From the IMG/VR virus record IMGVR_UViG_3300014932_000216, positions 1 through 52,533 of that record: 52,533 nucleotides of DNA; one strand, given 5' to 3'. Position numbers and translations under genes: made by a program. The notes below the pieces were generated by a model. That model did not search any database, was not told the origin of the DNA, and was given only the letters and a program-made list of their open reading frames with translations. This DNA comes from a virus. Lineage: Duplodnaviria; Caudoviricetes. Below are positions 36,530 through 45,664 of the stretch, piece by piece. Numbering within the stretch: position 1 is the first letter of the stretch; each line of letters opens with the position of its first letter.

Positions 36530-37411
36530 TTTTTTATTTTTTGAATAAAAGTTTGAACTTGTATTTGTCTGTTTTGAAAATGCGTAATCAAGGGTTTGTT
36601 CAAAAGATTTTATCCCATCTATCAACCCTACTTCTTTTGCCTGCTCGGCCATGTAGGTTTTACCCGTCAACACATTTTCTTCTGTCTCAATCTTTTTACC
36701 TCTGTTCTTTTTCACTGCACCCATAAACTCATTGTTCATAGGGTCGAGTATTTCACTTATCAGGGCTTTGCCATTTCCTTTTTCCGCTTCCGAAAACACC
36801 TTATTTTTATCCTTGCTTTCCGTTGCGTAGTATTCGCGTATCACGTACCCTTTCTTTTCAAGTGCCGCCGTAGAATCAACGAGGGCGCACATTGTGCCGA
36901 TTGAGCCGATAATGTCTGTAGTCGAACTGGCGTATATTTCATCGCAACTAGAGCCGATCCAGTAGGCCGCACTGCACATCATGCCGTTTACAAATGCTAT
37001 GGTTTTCTTACCACATGATTTGATTGCGTCGGCTAATGCTTTTGTGCCATCCACCGTACCGCCCGGACTGTCAATGTCGAAGATTATTGTTTGAACGCTT
37101 GGCGTGCTGGCGGCTAATTGTACAAGTGCTTTGTAAGAAGCTGTACCTAAGTCGCCGCAATAATCATTCTTCATTAGCGGGCCGCTGATAGGTATTATGA
37201 CCGTCTCTGCACCTTCAAAACTTTTAGGGTCTGAAAGGTTGTACCCGCTCCCGATTGCTACTTTCGATCTCGTTAAGAACTTCGGTATTGATTCACTTTT
37301 TACACTCCAATCCTCTTTACCACTCATCCACAAATCAAGCAACTGAACAGCCGCATTAGGCTCAATAAGCCATGGTTTGTTGTATATGGCTAATCCTGTT
37401 TTTATGTCCAT
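36164..37411 (-). CDS. S49 head maturation protease with C-terminal scaffold
   Basis: IDSPGG, CSAAYWIGS and GSIGT motifs; charged helical C-terminus. Confidence 0.92.
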   Translation of the reverse strand: MDIKTGLAIYNKPWLIEPNAAVQLLDLWMSGKEDWSVKSESIPKFLTRSKVAIGSGYNLSDPKSFEGAETVIIPISGPLMKNDYCGDLGTASYKALVQLAASTPSVQTIIFDIDSPGGTVDGTKALADAIKSCGKKTIAFVNGMMCSAAYWIGSSCDEIYASSTTDIIGSIGTMCALVDSTAALEKKGYVIREYYATESKDKNKVFSEAEKGNGKALISEILDPMNNEFMGAVKKNRGKKIETEENVLTGKTYMAEQAKEVGLIDGIKSFEQTLDYAFSKQTNTSSNFYSKNKKMTTTELKAAHPDTYNAIFEAGEKSGIEKGVGAEQERVKEWQAWKDIDPESVAKGIDSGKDMSRADYSQFAVKAATSKHIKAAEAENAPEINTAPVPKAKSETDAAIEANTEEVLRAMNIKK

Positions 37412-37431
37412 AACGCGTTGCCATTGCTCAA

Positions 37432-37983
37432 TTAGTTTACTTCACTCTTCAAAAACCATTGACTTGTGAAAGACACCGATTCGGTGCCAGCCCCTACAAT
37501 ATGCCACCTCAAAAAAGGCGCTGTAATTACTGGCAAATTGCAGATAATGGTATTTGTGGTAACATTGGTAAGCGTAAATACGTAAGGTGTCGTGTAGGTG
37601 TACGTAGCAGTTACAGAGCCGGTAACAACTGTTGCAATCTGTGCGGGTGTTACCGGAACATCGCCCCAAACAATACCGTCTATAGACTGCTGCAAATGTG
37701 CTACTGCGGCGGGTGTACCACTGATTTTATGCCCTACAAGGTGAAATGACATTTTACCTTCGGTGTATATCCCCATCGTATCGGGCAATCCGTTGGTCAT
37801 CCATGATGCGATTGTCAAATCCAGAGTGCCTGCATCTGTTAGTGTATCGACCGTTGCTTTCGGAATAGAATTCGCAAGATTCAGCAACGGGCCATACTTG
37901 ACATATCCGTTAACCTTTACAACCTGAGCGTTTGAAAAACCCGCTACGAAAATCAGTGCAACCAGAAAAAAGATACGTTTCAT
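37432..37983 (-). CDS. Signal-peptide-bearing beta-rich protein heading the capsid operon
   Basis: MKRIFFLVALIFVAGFSNA-Q start and a Thr-rich body. Confidence 0.7.
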   Translation of the reverse strand: MKRIFFLVALIFVAGFSNAQVVKVNGYVKYGPLLNLANSIPKATVDTLTDAGTLDLTIASWMTNGLPDTMGIYTEGKMSFHLVGHKISGTPAAVAHLQQSIDGIVWGDVPVTPAQIATVVTGSVTATYTYTTPYVFTLTNVTTNTIICNLPVITAPFLRWHIVGAGTESVSFTSQWFLKSEVN

Positions 37984-38007
37984 AAATGCTATAAGTTCTA
38001 ATTGGAA

Positions 38008-38061
38008 GCAAGTTAGAACGGGCGTTTACGGTGGTAATATTTTAAGCCCCAATAGGGCTAT
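38008..38061 (-). promoter_or_regulatory. Putative late promoter, copy 2 (capsid operon)
   Basis: ATAGCCC-N5-GGGCTTAAAATATTACC-N17-TAACTTGC. Confidence 0.65.
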
Positions 38062-38177
38062 AAATAAATTATGTGAAATATCAAAGTCATTACATTATAT
38101 TAAATATAAACACATGTTAATTGATAGTTGTAACTTTGCACATTTTTTTCGTAACTTTATCGGCATAAATCAACCTT

Positions 38178-38501
38178 ATGCGGGAATTAAAAGTTAGCGC
38201 GGTATCTGGACAATTGCACGACGATTTTAAGAACATAGCAGCGCATAAGGGAATAACACTGAGTGCCGTTCTAGCACCAAAGGTTAGAGATATAGTGGGT
38301 AGATTCGCGCATCTGATAGAACCGAAGCCATGTGAAAAATCCTACTTCCGCATCAGGGGTATTGGCGAAAAAACAAAGAAGGAATTAAAGGCGATTGCAG
38401 ATAATATGGGTATCGATGTTTCCGACCTGCTAAAAATGGAATTGCAAAAGGATTCAGAGACGTACCCGGCGCATATGAAAACACCAATGATTGTTGATTA
38501 G
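38178..38501 (+). CDS. Tandem ribbon-helix-helix DNA-binding protein
   Basis: Two repeats (LKVSAV..FKNIAAHKGITLSAVL and FRIRGI..LKAIADNMGIDVSDLL), with its own promoter element (TAACTTTG 38131) and terminator. Confidence 0.7.
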   Translation: MRELKVSAVSGQLHDDFKNIAAHKGITLSAVLAPKVRDIVGRFAHLIEPKPCEKSYFRIRGIGEKTKKELKAIADNMGIDVSDLLKMELQKDSETYPAHMKTPMIVD

Positions 38502-38523
38502 TATGTAAAGCATACAATTGATT

Positions 38524-38579
38524 AGGCTACTTCGGTAGCCTTTATTATTTGAAATAAAAAGCCCCGTAGAAACGAGGCT
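38524..38579. terminator. Back-to-back terminators for the RHH gene (+) and the portal operon (-)
   Basis: AGGCTAC-TTCG-GTAGCCTTT on plus and AGCCTCGTTTCTACGGGGCTTTTT on minus. Confidence 0.7.
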
Positions 38580-38608
38580 ATCTTACTAACTCACCACTAT
38601 CATGTACT

Positions 38609-40345
38609 TTATGAACTTCCGCCGCTCGATGGCTTTCTTTTAGTCTGTCCCTCCTTCTCTCCGTCTGCCGCATCTGGTGCAATTACATCTTGATCGGGCA
38701 ATTCTATCCCTGCCGTTGATGTCGCTTTTAATTCTTCTCCGGCCTGCTTAATGACTGCAAGTATATCCCCTTGGTCTATTAATTCCGCCGCCGCCTCTGC
38801 TGTCATAATTGGCACATGCTCAAACGCCACACCTAGAGCTTCGCGAATGTATTTTATAGTTTTCAGCGGGTCAATGTCCGGGAACATAGCGCCCACCCAC
38901 CTGTTGTACAGGTATGCTTCGACCGCCATCATATTTTTACTAAACAACGCCTCCAGGAACCCGGGAGCCTGCACTTTATTATTCAATACCCACAGGTACA
39001 TTTGCAGAGCATAAATCGGATTAAGGTATTGCTGTGAGAAATCCGCCCGCTCGGTCATGAACGTATGTTCCCAATCCTTACCGGCCATGCGTGATGCGCT
39101 AAAACTATCCTCATACTTTGACATTGCCACATTTGGCGGCATATTCACCGCTGCGCAGATAATATCCACATGGAACATGGAGAAGTCCTTAACGTAGTAT
39201 TCCCGCTTTGTGTCCGGCGTTTTAATGGTAACATCATTCGGTAGGTTAATAACCGTCCTTTTCGTGCTTACCGCCGTGTCTGCTGCAATCTTATTACCGG
39301 CAACATCTACGCCAATATCCGTAGCCGCTGCGCCTCCTGCGGTCGGTTGCGCTATCAACCCCTTTGCCCTGCGCCCGCTTAGAGGGTCTTCATTGTCGCT
39401 ATTCACTCCATGCTCAAAAAAGAACGGAAGGTTCGCAGTCTCTTCTGCCGCCGCCAATGCCGCTGAGTTGTACCGCTCCAGTTTCTTAGCAGTTTCCATA
39501 ACAACAGAGATAAGTGGTGTCCCTCTTGTGCTGTCAATCTCCGGCTTGAATCCGTAAATCATATACGCCCTTACCATGCCATTGCTGTCTCTGGCGGGAA
39601 CGCGGACATAATTTAGGGTAATTCCTACGCGGACATGGTACGCAACATGGTTCCCTGTTTTGTCTATTTCCACACCTAGCCGGATCCGGTTGCCCGTTGG
39701 TTGATAAACGTAATCATACCCGTTATATGCAGGACTTCCCTCTAATTTATCGGCATTGTTAGTTATGCTGCAATTTGGCGGATTACCTACATGCGAACTA
39801 TCTATGTGCTGAACCTTCGCTAGTCCACCGACAACGCGAAGCACCACAAGCATATCCCCTGCGATTTTGCCCTCCCGGTGCGCTTCTTCCATTAAAGCGT
39901 CGAGGCTCTGCTGCCCAGCATAGTCTGCAAGTTTTGAATGCGTGTAAACCTTAAATAAATTCTCCACCGACTTGTTAAATAATTCGGTATCAATGTTTAT
40001 TTTCTCGCTTTTCAATACTTCGATTTGAGGTTCGGCTTTTAACTTCAAACTAGGCCCGATAACCCATTGAGTGAACCTATTTACTACTATCTGGCAAATG
40101 GGGGATTCTAAATAAAGCTGCCGCGAACGAACGCGAAGAATATAAAAGTCCTTTTGATATTCTTTAGGCGGCCCCATCTCACCTAAACCCATCTCGCCGT
40201 CATAAATAGCGTACACGACGCCCTGCGTTGCTGCCATTGCCGAACTAGGGCCGTACACGTTAGCGGATATGCTGCCGCGTTTGACAGCCGTGTTTGGTTC
40301 GTCAATTTCTTTCTGTTTCGGCTTCAAAAAATCAAAAAATCCCAT
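38609..40345 (-). CDS. Portal protein, lambda gpB family
   Basis: LRVRSRQL, GVEID..G..VAYHV, RGTPL, SFSASR and IDPLK motifs; likely start MGFF. Confidence 0.9.
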   Translation of the reverse strand: MGFFDFLKPKQKEIDEPNTAVKRGSISANVYGPSSAMAATQGVVYAIYDGEMGLGEMGPPKEYQKDFYILRVRSRQLYLESPICQIVVNRFTQWVIGPSLKLKAEPQIEVLKSEKINIDTELFNKSVENLFKVYTHSKLADYAGQQSLDALMEEAHREGKIAGDMLVVLRVVGGLAKVQHIDSSHVGNPPNCSITNNADKLEGSPAYNGYDYVYQPTGNRIRLGVEIDKTGNHVAYHVRVGITLNYVRVPARDSNGMVRAYMIYGFKPEIDSTRGTPLISVVMETAKKLERYNSAALAAAEETANLPFFFEHGVNSDNEDPLSGRRAKGLIAQPTAGGAAATDIGVDVAGNKIAADTAVSTKRTVINLPNDVTIKTPDTKREYYVKDFSMFHVDIICAAVNMPPNVAMSKYEDSFSASRMAGKDWEHTFMTERADFSQQYLNPIYALQMYLWVLNNKVQAPGFLEALFSKNMMAVEAYLYNRWVGAMFPDIDPLKTIKYIREALGVAFEHVPIMTAEAAAELIDQGDILAVIKQAGEELKATSTAGIELPDQDVIAPDAADGEKEGQTKRKPSSGGSS

Positions 40346-40346
40346 A

Positions 40347-40667
40347 TTAACAATTATTTTTACGCCCAATGAAATTACTTACCGGTTGCATTCTTACGCT
40401 TCTGCGCCCTTGGTTTAAATAGTGGTTGCGCTGTTTTTGCATAACAGCAATGCTGTCCTCTATTTGCTTGCCTGTCCGGTATATAGTTTTGATAGTCGTT
40501 TGCCCGTCATTAAGCATGTATTCCTGTATAGGGCTACCTCGCTGAGCAATGACTAGCATTTGAGCAAATAAAGCATCAATAATAGCATCTATCGCCGCAA
40601 TCTTCGCGGCTCTATCCGTACAGGAAATTATAAAATCGGTCTCTGTTATGTATGTTACCGGAGCCAT
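40347..40667 (-). CDS. Head completion protein (gpW-like position)
   Basis: Helix-hairpin-helix pattern (EYMLNDGQTTIKTIYR), directly before the portal gene. Confidence 0.6.
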   Translation of the reverse strand: MAPVTYITETDFIISCTDRAAKIAAIDAIIDALFAQMLVIAQRGSPIQEYMLNDGQTTIKTIYRTGKQIEDSIAVMQKQRNHYLNQGRRSVRMQPVSNFIGRKNNC

Positions 40668-40669
40668 GT

Positions 40670-40918
40670 TTAATGGTTTAAAAGTGAAATTCCTTTTTGA
40701 TTCATTACGTAAGTTTCCCCATATTCGCTATCCGCCTGCCATGCAGCTAAGTCGTCACCTGTCAGCGTATAATTACCGGTGTCTATATACGCACCCAGTG
40801 CATCATAAAGTGTCCATACGATAACTACCCACGCGTCCGTCTCTGGCAAATTGGATATATCCAGTTGTGTTGCTGTCAACTGCTGGTCTGTCGTGATATA
40901 TGGTTGTATCTGTATCAT
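40670..40918 (-). CDS. Hypothetical protein, possible fibre chaperone
   Basis: Small acidic ORF directly after the fibre-like gene. Confidence 0.5.
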   Translation of the reverse strand: MIQIQPYITTDQQLTATQLDISNLPETDAWVVIVWTLYDALGAYIDTGNYTLTGDDLAAWQADSEYGETYVMNQKGISLLNH

Positions 40919-40919
40919 A

Positions 40920-42956
40920 TTAATATCCTCTTAGCTCTTCATAAACTTGAACAATTCCTAATACCGGAGATACAGACGCACCACCAGAATTGGAAAGCAC
41001 ATGCCATAACATCTGAGTGCTTGCGGCTGGTATTTTAGCGCTGTTCGTTGCGCTGTTTTTGGTACTCGCCGTTTTAGTGCGCCTCTCTATTTGTACTGCT
41101 GAATATGTTGTATTCGATGGCATTGTCACCGTAATAATGTACTCATCATTTACTGTTGGTGTTATCCCGGTATTCACCTTGGTAGCAGTACCGGAGCCAT
41201 TATTGAACATAAAGAATAGAGTGGCATCTGCCGCATCCTTGCCTACACCTATCGTGTTCAATACGGTTGATGGGTCGGTGGTGGATGACATATTGCCGGC
41301 CGTATTCACGTACCCCGCGAAGAACCGCTGAGTAGATACATATGATGGTAGCACGCAATCAATAACCAACCTTGCCCCGCCTCCATATTGAGAGTTATTT
41401 ATAAAGGCATCTAGCCCGGAAGCGGACATTCTCAATTCTACCGAAGTATTAGGGGATGCAGCCCCGGCGAGGTTGTTATACATAAGCATCGGTGCAATGT
41501 TGGATGCATCATAAGCGGCTACGTGAAATGTAGGTGTTCCATTTGTACCGACCTGTGATGTGAATCTACCAAGTGACTGAGTAGCGACTCCGTTAGTTGT
41601 CCACAGCCCCCAATGATGCATTCCATTTGCGGTTTGTAATGGCAGGTCCACACCGTTAGAATTAGCAGTCCAAAGTTCATCTTCTCCGTTTATATTATTG
41701 CCATACGCCTTTACATTACCACTGGATGGCAGTGTAGCACCCACGGTGTAAATGCCTGTCACGAAGTACATAAGCCCGTCGTTACCTATCCCGGCTCCGG
41801 TTGCGCCGCTGAATAGGCCGGAATTGTCATATTGTATTGCTCCGTTCGGTGTGCCGGGGGCTGGTATCAATGCCGCTATACTATCGGTCCCTTTGCGCCT
41901 GTATTGCCATGTTGCAAACCGGCTGCTGTCTGGCCTGAGCGTCCACGCAGGGTTGCTCCCGATTGTCTGCGCCGAACCACCGCCTAACATGCCATACCCG
42001 TTAGTAATGGTTTCCGTCTTTGCTGTAGCGATAGGATCCGTTTCTGTGTATGAGGTTAAAAATGTCAATAGCGACCAAGCGGCAATACTATCCGTGCCTT
42101 TTCTCCTATATTGCCACGATGACACCATGGAACTATCGGCCTTTAGTGTCCACGCGGGGTTACTCCCAATAGTTTGCGCAGCTCCGCCACCGAGCACGCC
42201 CCACCCATTTGTTATAGTGGCAGTTTTGGCGATTGCTATCGGGTCAGTCTCGGTGAACCCGGTAATATATCCTATCCCGGTAATGCTGTCCCGCACCTTA
42301 TCGAGCCGGGCTTTAGATGCCACCAAATAACTATCCACAGCAATGTTATTGCTCGATGTGATTATCGTTCCCCACACATTCACAACATTAGAAATACCAC
42401 CAAGCCCGGCGAGCGTATATCCGGGAATATTCAGTACATTAGAAATAAAGGTTGCACTGCCGCTGGTGCCTGATGTTGTAAACGATGCTATTCTATTCCC
42501 ATATGCGGTATTCCAATTGCTTTGGTCGGTCGTAGTTGGCAGATAGTACCCGGCCGTAAGGCTCAATACACCAGTAGTATTGTTGTAGGTAATCCCGGTA
42601 ATGCTCGATGATATGTCGGTCAATGAAATAAATGCGTCCGGGTTGCTCAGCGGGTAGTACGTTGCTGCCATAACCCCTAGCAGACTATCAATCGCTTTTT
42701 GCCGCCATAGGCGCGTACACCATGTAAAGCTGTCAATGGCGGCGGCTCCTGAATAAACCGGTATATTCAGAACACCTCCGGTATAGGTAGCCGCGCCGCT
42801 AGTGCCGGTAGTGGTTAACGTAAAGGCTGTGCCAGATGAGGGGATTATGTATGAACCATTAACATTTAATGGAACGGGGACGCCATTCAATGTAATAACC
42901 CTTGGCGATTGAGCAAAGCAAGAAATAGAAATTAGTAATAGTATTATAATTCTCAT
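40920..42956 (-). CDS. Tail fibre-like protein with N-terminal signal peptide and internal repeats
   Basis: G/T/S-rich; ETDP-containing block duplicated with a 69-aa period; TTxGTSGxAT...VLNIPxY twice; start MRIIILLLISISCFA-Q. Confidence 0.65.
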   Translation of the reverse strand: MRIIILLLISISCFAQSPRVITLNGVPVPLNVNGSYIIPSSGTAFTLTTTGTSGAATYTGGVLNIPVYSGAAAIDSFTWCTRLWRQKAIDSLLGVMAATYYPLSNPDAFISLTDISSSITGITYNNTTGVLSLTAGYYLPTTTDQSNWNTAYGNRIASFTTSGTSGSATFISNVLNIPGYTLAGLGGISNVVNVWGTIITSSNNIAVDSYLVASKARLDKVRDSITGIGYITGFTETDPIAIAKTATITNGWGVLGGGAAQTIGSNPAWTLKADSSMVSSWQYRRKGTDSIAAWSLLTFLTSYTETDPIATAKTETITNGYGMLGGGSAQTIGSNPAWTLRPDSSRFATWQYRRKGTDSIAALIPAPGTPNGAIQYDNSGLFSGATGAGIGNDGLMYFVTGIYTVGATLPSSGNVKAYGNNINGEDELWTANSNGVDLPLQTANGMHHWGLWTTNGVATQSLGRFTSQVGTNGTPTFHVAAYDASNIAPMLMYNNLAGAASPNTSVELRMSASGLDAFINNSQYGGGARLVIDCVLPSYVSTQRFFAGYVNTAGNMSSTTDPSTVLNTIGVGKDAADATLFFMFNNGSGTATKVNTGITPTVNDEYIITVTMPSNTTYSAVQIERRTKTASTKNSATNSAKIPAASTQMLWHVLSNSGGASVSPVLGIVQVYEELRGY

Positions 42957-43456
42957 TGTAGTAATTGTTCGAGGTTCGCTAAATCTTCCGCTATATCGGC
43001 TATATTTAATACTATATCGGCATTTACACTTGGCGGCGGTGAGCCTATTGTTGCAAACAAATCTGCAAATCCAGTATTCACATTCGTCATAAATGAGGAT
43101 AGGTGATTTATGAGATTTTGCAGATTAGTTAATAAACTTTGCTCTTGGTTTTTTATGCTTATCAGTCCGGTATTGTGCAGCCATATTTCCCCCATTAAAT
43201 TCCCGTCCGTATCTGTAGAATATTGCCTATACTCCCCCGGCTGCGCTAATGCGGAAATATTAACATAGCCCAACAGAACAGGCGCACCGCTCATTGACGT
43301 TTCATTATAGGCGGCCTGCATGCCGGGTATAGGTGAGCTGTCAACACCAAATGGCCCAACCTCTGTTGGTGTTCGGGCAAAGCCTTTACCCCACCCAGAA
43401 ACCGTTACGCTTCTATGCTCGTTATTGGTGGATGATATAACTTTTGCTATGTTCAA
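42953..43456 (-). CDS. Baseplate spike protein (Mu gp45-like)
   Basis: PFGVDSSPIPG and AQPGEYRQYS motifs; TTG start. Confidence 0.7.
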   Translation of the reverse strand: MNIAKVISSTNNEHRSVTVSGWGKGFARTPTEVGPFGVDSSPIPGMQAAYNETSMSGAPVLLGYVNISALAQPGEYRQYSTDTDGNLMGEIWLHNTGLISIKNQEQSLLTNLQNLINHLSSFMTNVNTGFADLFATIGSPPPSVNADIVLNIADIAEDLANLEQLLQ

Positions 43457-43630
43457 TTAAACCTCATTTGCATGAAGTTCTTTGACATATTGGATTTGGT
43501 AAGTGAAATAAAAAAGAAATCTTTGAGGTAGCAAAGGAAGATTTTGTTGCTATAATTTGACGTTATAGTTAAGCAGAAAGAAAACTACGGAAGAAAATAT
43601 TTGTTTTAATTTTTTGCTAGGCTTCTTATT

Positions 43631-43816
43631 ATGGAGAGTAAAAATAAAAACCTAATGACATTAGGTGAGCTTAGAGAAAAGCTTAAAATATACGGAGATG
43701 AATTTTATATCTCATTCGGAGATAAATACCTAACAAGGGTTGATAATAGAGATACAGATATTATCTTCTGCGAATGGATTTCTATTGAGGAATCCGACTA
43801 TTTAGAGAAGCCCTAA
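43631..43816 (+). CDS. Hypothetical protein inside the inverted-repeat cassette
   Basis: 61 aa with an MTLGELREKL motif; follows the left leader. Confidence 0.55.
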   Translation: MESKNKNLMTLGELREKLKIYGDEFYISFGDKYLTRVDNRDTDIIFCEWISIEESDYLEKP

Positions 43817-43988
43817 CCGGGTCTACGCCATCTAGTATGTGGCATATAAATTCTTTTGCTAATTCTCGCCTTACGGGCATCCATGACGATATGCCTTTGC
43901 CTGTTATTCTACTACGGATAATGAATTTATCCTTATAGGCCGTAATGGTGTATTCTTCCACTCCGTCAGGAACTTTCTCAAATGCCAT
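43782..43988 (-). CDS. Hypothetical protein inside the inverted-repeat cassette
   Basis: 68 aa; follows the right leader and overlaps the convergent ORF by 35 nt. Confidence 0.5.
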   Translation of the reverse strand: MAFEKVPDGVEEYTITAYKDKFIIRSRITGKGISSWMPVRRELAKEFICHILDGVDPVRASLNSRIPQ

Positions 43989-44242
43989 AATCTATGGCAG
44001 ATACTTTTTCCATGTAGCGTGCGCTCCGCGGCTTCAAAAAAATTAAAACAAATATTTTGTATCTAATCTTTCTTGCTCAACATAACGCGAATACATTATA
44101 GAACAAAATGCTCTCTTTGGTTATCTGCCACCTCAAAGATAAGGAGAAATTATTGGCATATCTGCCGCTAATCAAAATTTCTCCTTAATTCTTTTTTATT
44201 TCACTTACCAAATCCAATATGTCAAAGAACTTCAAAATCTTA

Positions 44243-45424
44243 CTAATTAAAAATATTTTTTACATCTTCATCATTATATACCTCAGGCAATACGCATGAG
44301 ATAACCGCCGTTTGCTCGTCTGCCGTTTGCCTGTAATCTACCTGCTCAATAAAGAATCTTGTGTTGTGGTATAGGTAGCATTCTGGATTCTTCGCGGTTA
44401 TTATCTGATTCGGCCTCACCAACTTTCCATTAAGTGTCCAACCAACTATTTCAATAGTTAGCGCGATTGCCTTTAATTCACTACCTAGTATTGTTCTAGA
44501 GGTGTCCGGCGTATCATTATCATCTCCTATAGATTGAATCTTTCTAGTGACACGCAAAACATTAGATGGTACATAGGGATTTGTTATTAAATCTTCTATG
44601 GCATTGCCGCCGTCCTGCTGGCCTATTACATGAATATGGCTGTGCATCTTCTGCCCATTTACGGGCATAGACATTTTAGTCCAGATAGATTGCCCCGGCT
44701 CAAAATGAAATATTGGTTTTGAGTTGAAATAAGTAATACTATTGGATAATGCGTTTGCCGCCGGTGCGCCGTCAATATCGCTAATGAATGGCGTCGTTGA
44801 TATGGGTTGCAGTGTCGTTGCCGTCTTGCTGCCCTTCTCTGCCTTTGACCTCGTGTAAAGCAATCTACCATCCACGGTATGAGACAATACAACATTTCTA
44901 TGCTCCGCCATTGAGGTTAAAAAATCCTCAATGGTCTGCGTTGGTGAAGCGGCTATTTTGGTATATACCTTGCTGCACTCATCCTTTACATTATCATCAA
45001 CTATACACGTACTGATATTTAGAGACGATGTGAGCCTATTTGAAATCTGCTCCAAACTTTGGTTCGCGAATTCAAGGCTGCCATTTGGCTGAATTGTCTC
45101 TGCACCCGTTTGCTGCAATAATGTAGAAAATACGCAGTTGTCAGCTAGCACCCCCGTAGTGGAATATCCCGATATGGCTGTTAATTCTTTCTTCGGTGAG
45201 CTACTAAACGCCTGCGATAAAAGCCGACCTGTTATTAACGTTTGCCCATTGTGTGATATGGTGCAGTGCTGGTAACTAACCGGCTTTAGTATGGATTTGT
45301 GAGCCGCATTAGTAGGGTCAAAATACAACTTAAAAGAAAAGGTATCGCCAATGCATGCATACCTGAGCGATACGCTTACTTCGCTGAACTTATCTATTGT
45401 ATGTGAGCCTACGGTTAGTTTCAT
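44243..45424 (-). CDS. Baseplate hub protein (Mu gpP-like)
   Basis: Size, ISGYSTTGVLAD and FFIEQVDY motifs, and position after the gpN-like gene. Confidence 0.75.
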   Translation of the reverse strand: MKLTVGSHTIDKFSEVSVSLRYACIGDTFSFKLYFDPTNAAHKSILKPVSYQHCTISHNGQTLITGRLLSQAFSSSPKKELTAISGYSTTGVLADNCVFSTLLQQTGAETIQPNGSLEFANQSLEQISNRLTSSLNISTCIVDDNVKDECSKVYTKIAASPTQTIEDFLTSMAEHRNVVLSHTVDGRLLYTRSKAEKGSKTATTLQPISTTPFISDIDGAPAANALSNSITYFNSKPIFHFEPGQSIWTKMSMPVNGQKMHSHIHVIGQQDGGNAIEDLITNPYVPSNVLRVTRKIQSIGDDNDTPDTSRTILGSELKAIALTIEIVGWTLNGKLVRPNQIITAKNPECYLYHNTRFFIEQVDYRQTADEQTAVISCVLPEVYNDEDVKNIFN

Positions 45425-45654
45425 TTCTTTTTATTCTTAGCGCTTTTTTGAAACCCCACTATTTGATCATGAGATAATTCCTGAATCTTAACTCCCGGCG
45501 GTAAATTCACAGCCGCAGGCAATGCTTCTCGCTTAAACCAAAACACATTCCCGATTATCTTGTAGTTATCCCAACCGTCTTTGCCATACTCATTCATTTG
45601 CTCTTCGCTCATAGTGTGCTCAATCTGAACCACTTTTTTATATTCTATTGCCAT
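45421..45654 (-). CDS. Hypothetical protein
   Basis: EYK...MNEYGKDGW...WFKRE pattern; start revised to MAIEY. Confidence 0.55.
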   Translation of the reverse strand: MAIEYKKVVQIEHTMSEEQMNEYGKDGWDNYKIIGNVFWFKREALPAAVNLPPGVKIQELSHDQIVGFQKSAKNKKK

Positions 45655-45664
45655 AACTGATAAT

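Larger units (their letters stand above)
43473..44234. repeat. Cassette bounded by perfect 46-bp inverted repeats (43473-43518 / 44189-44234) with further inner inverted homology
   Basis: TGAAGTTCTTTGACATATTGGATTTGGTAAGTGAAATAAAAAAGAA occurs at both ends in opposite orientation. Confidence 0.9.

Noticed and set aside
41872-42251. Diversity-generating retroelement template/variable repeat pair
   Set aside because: Both copies are in frame within one gene, the differences are not adenine-specific, and no reverse transcriptase is present in the window.
43473-44234. Autonomous IS element
   Set aside because: There is no transposase-sized ORF and no evident target-site duplication.
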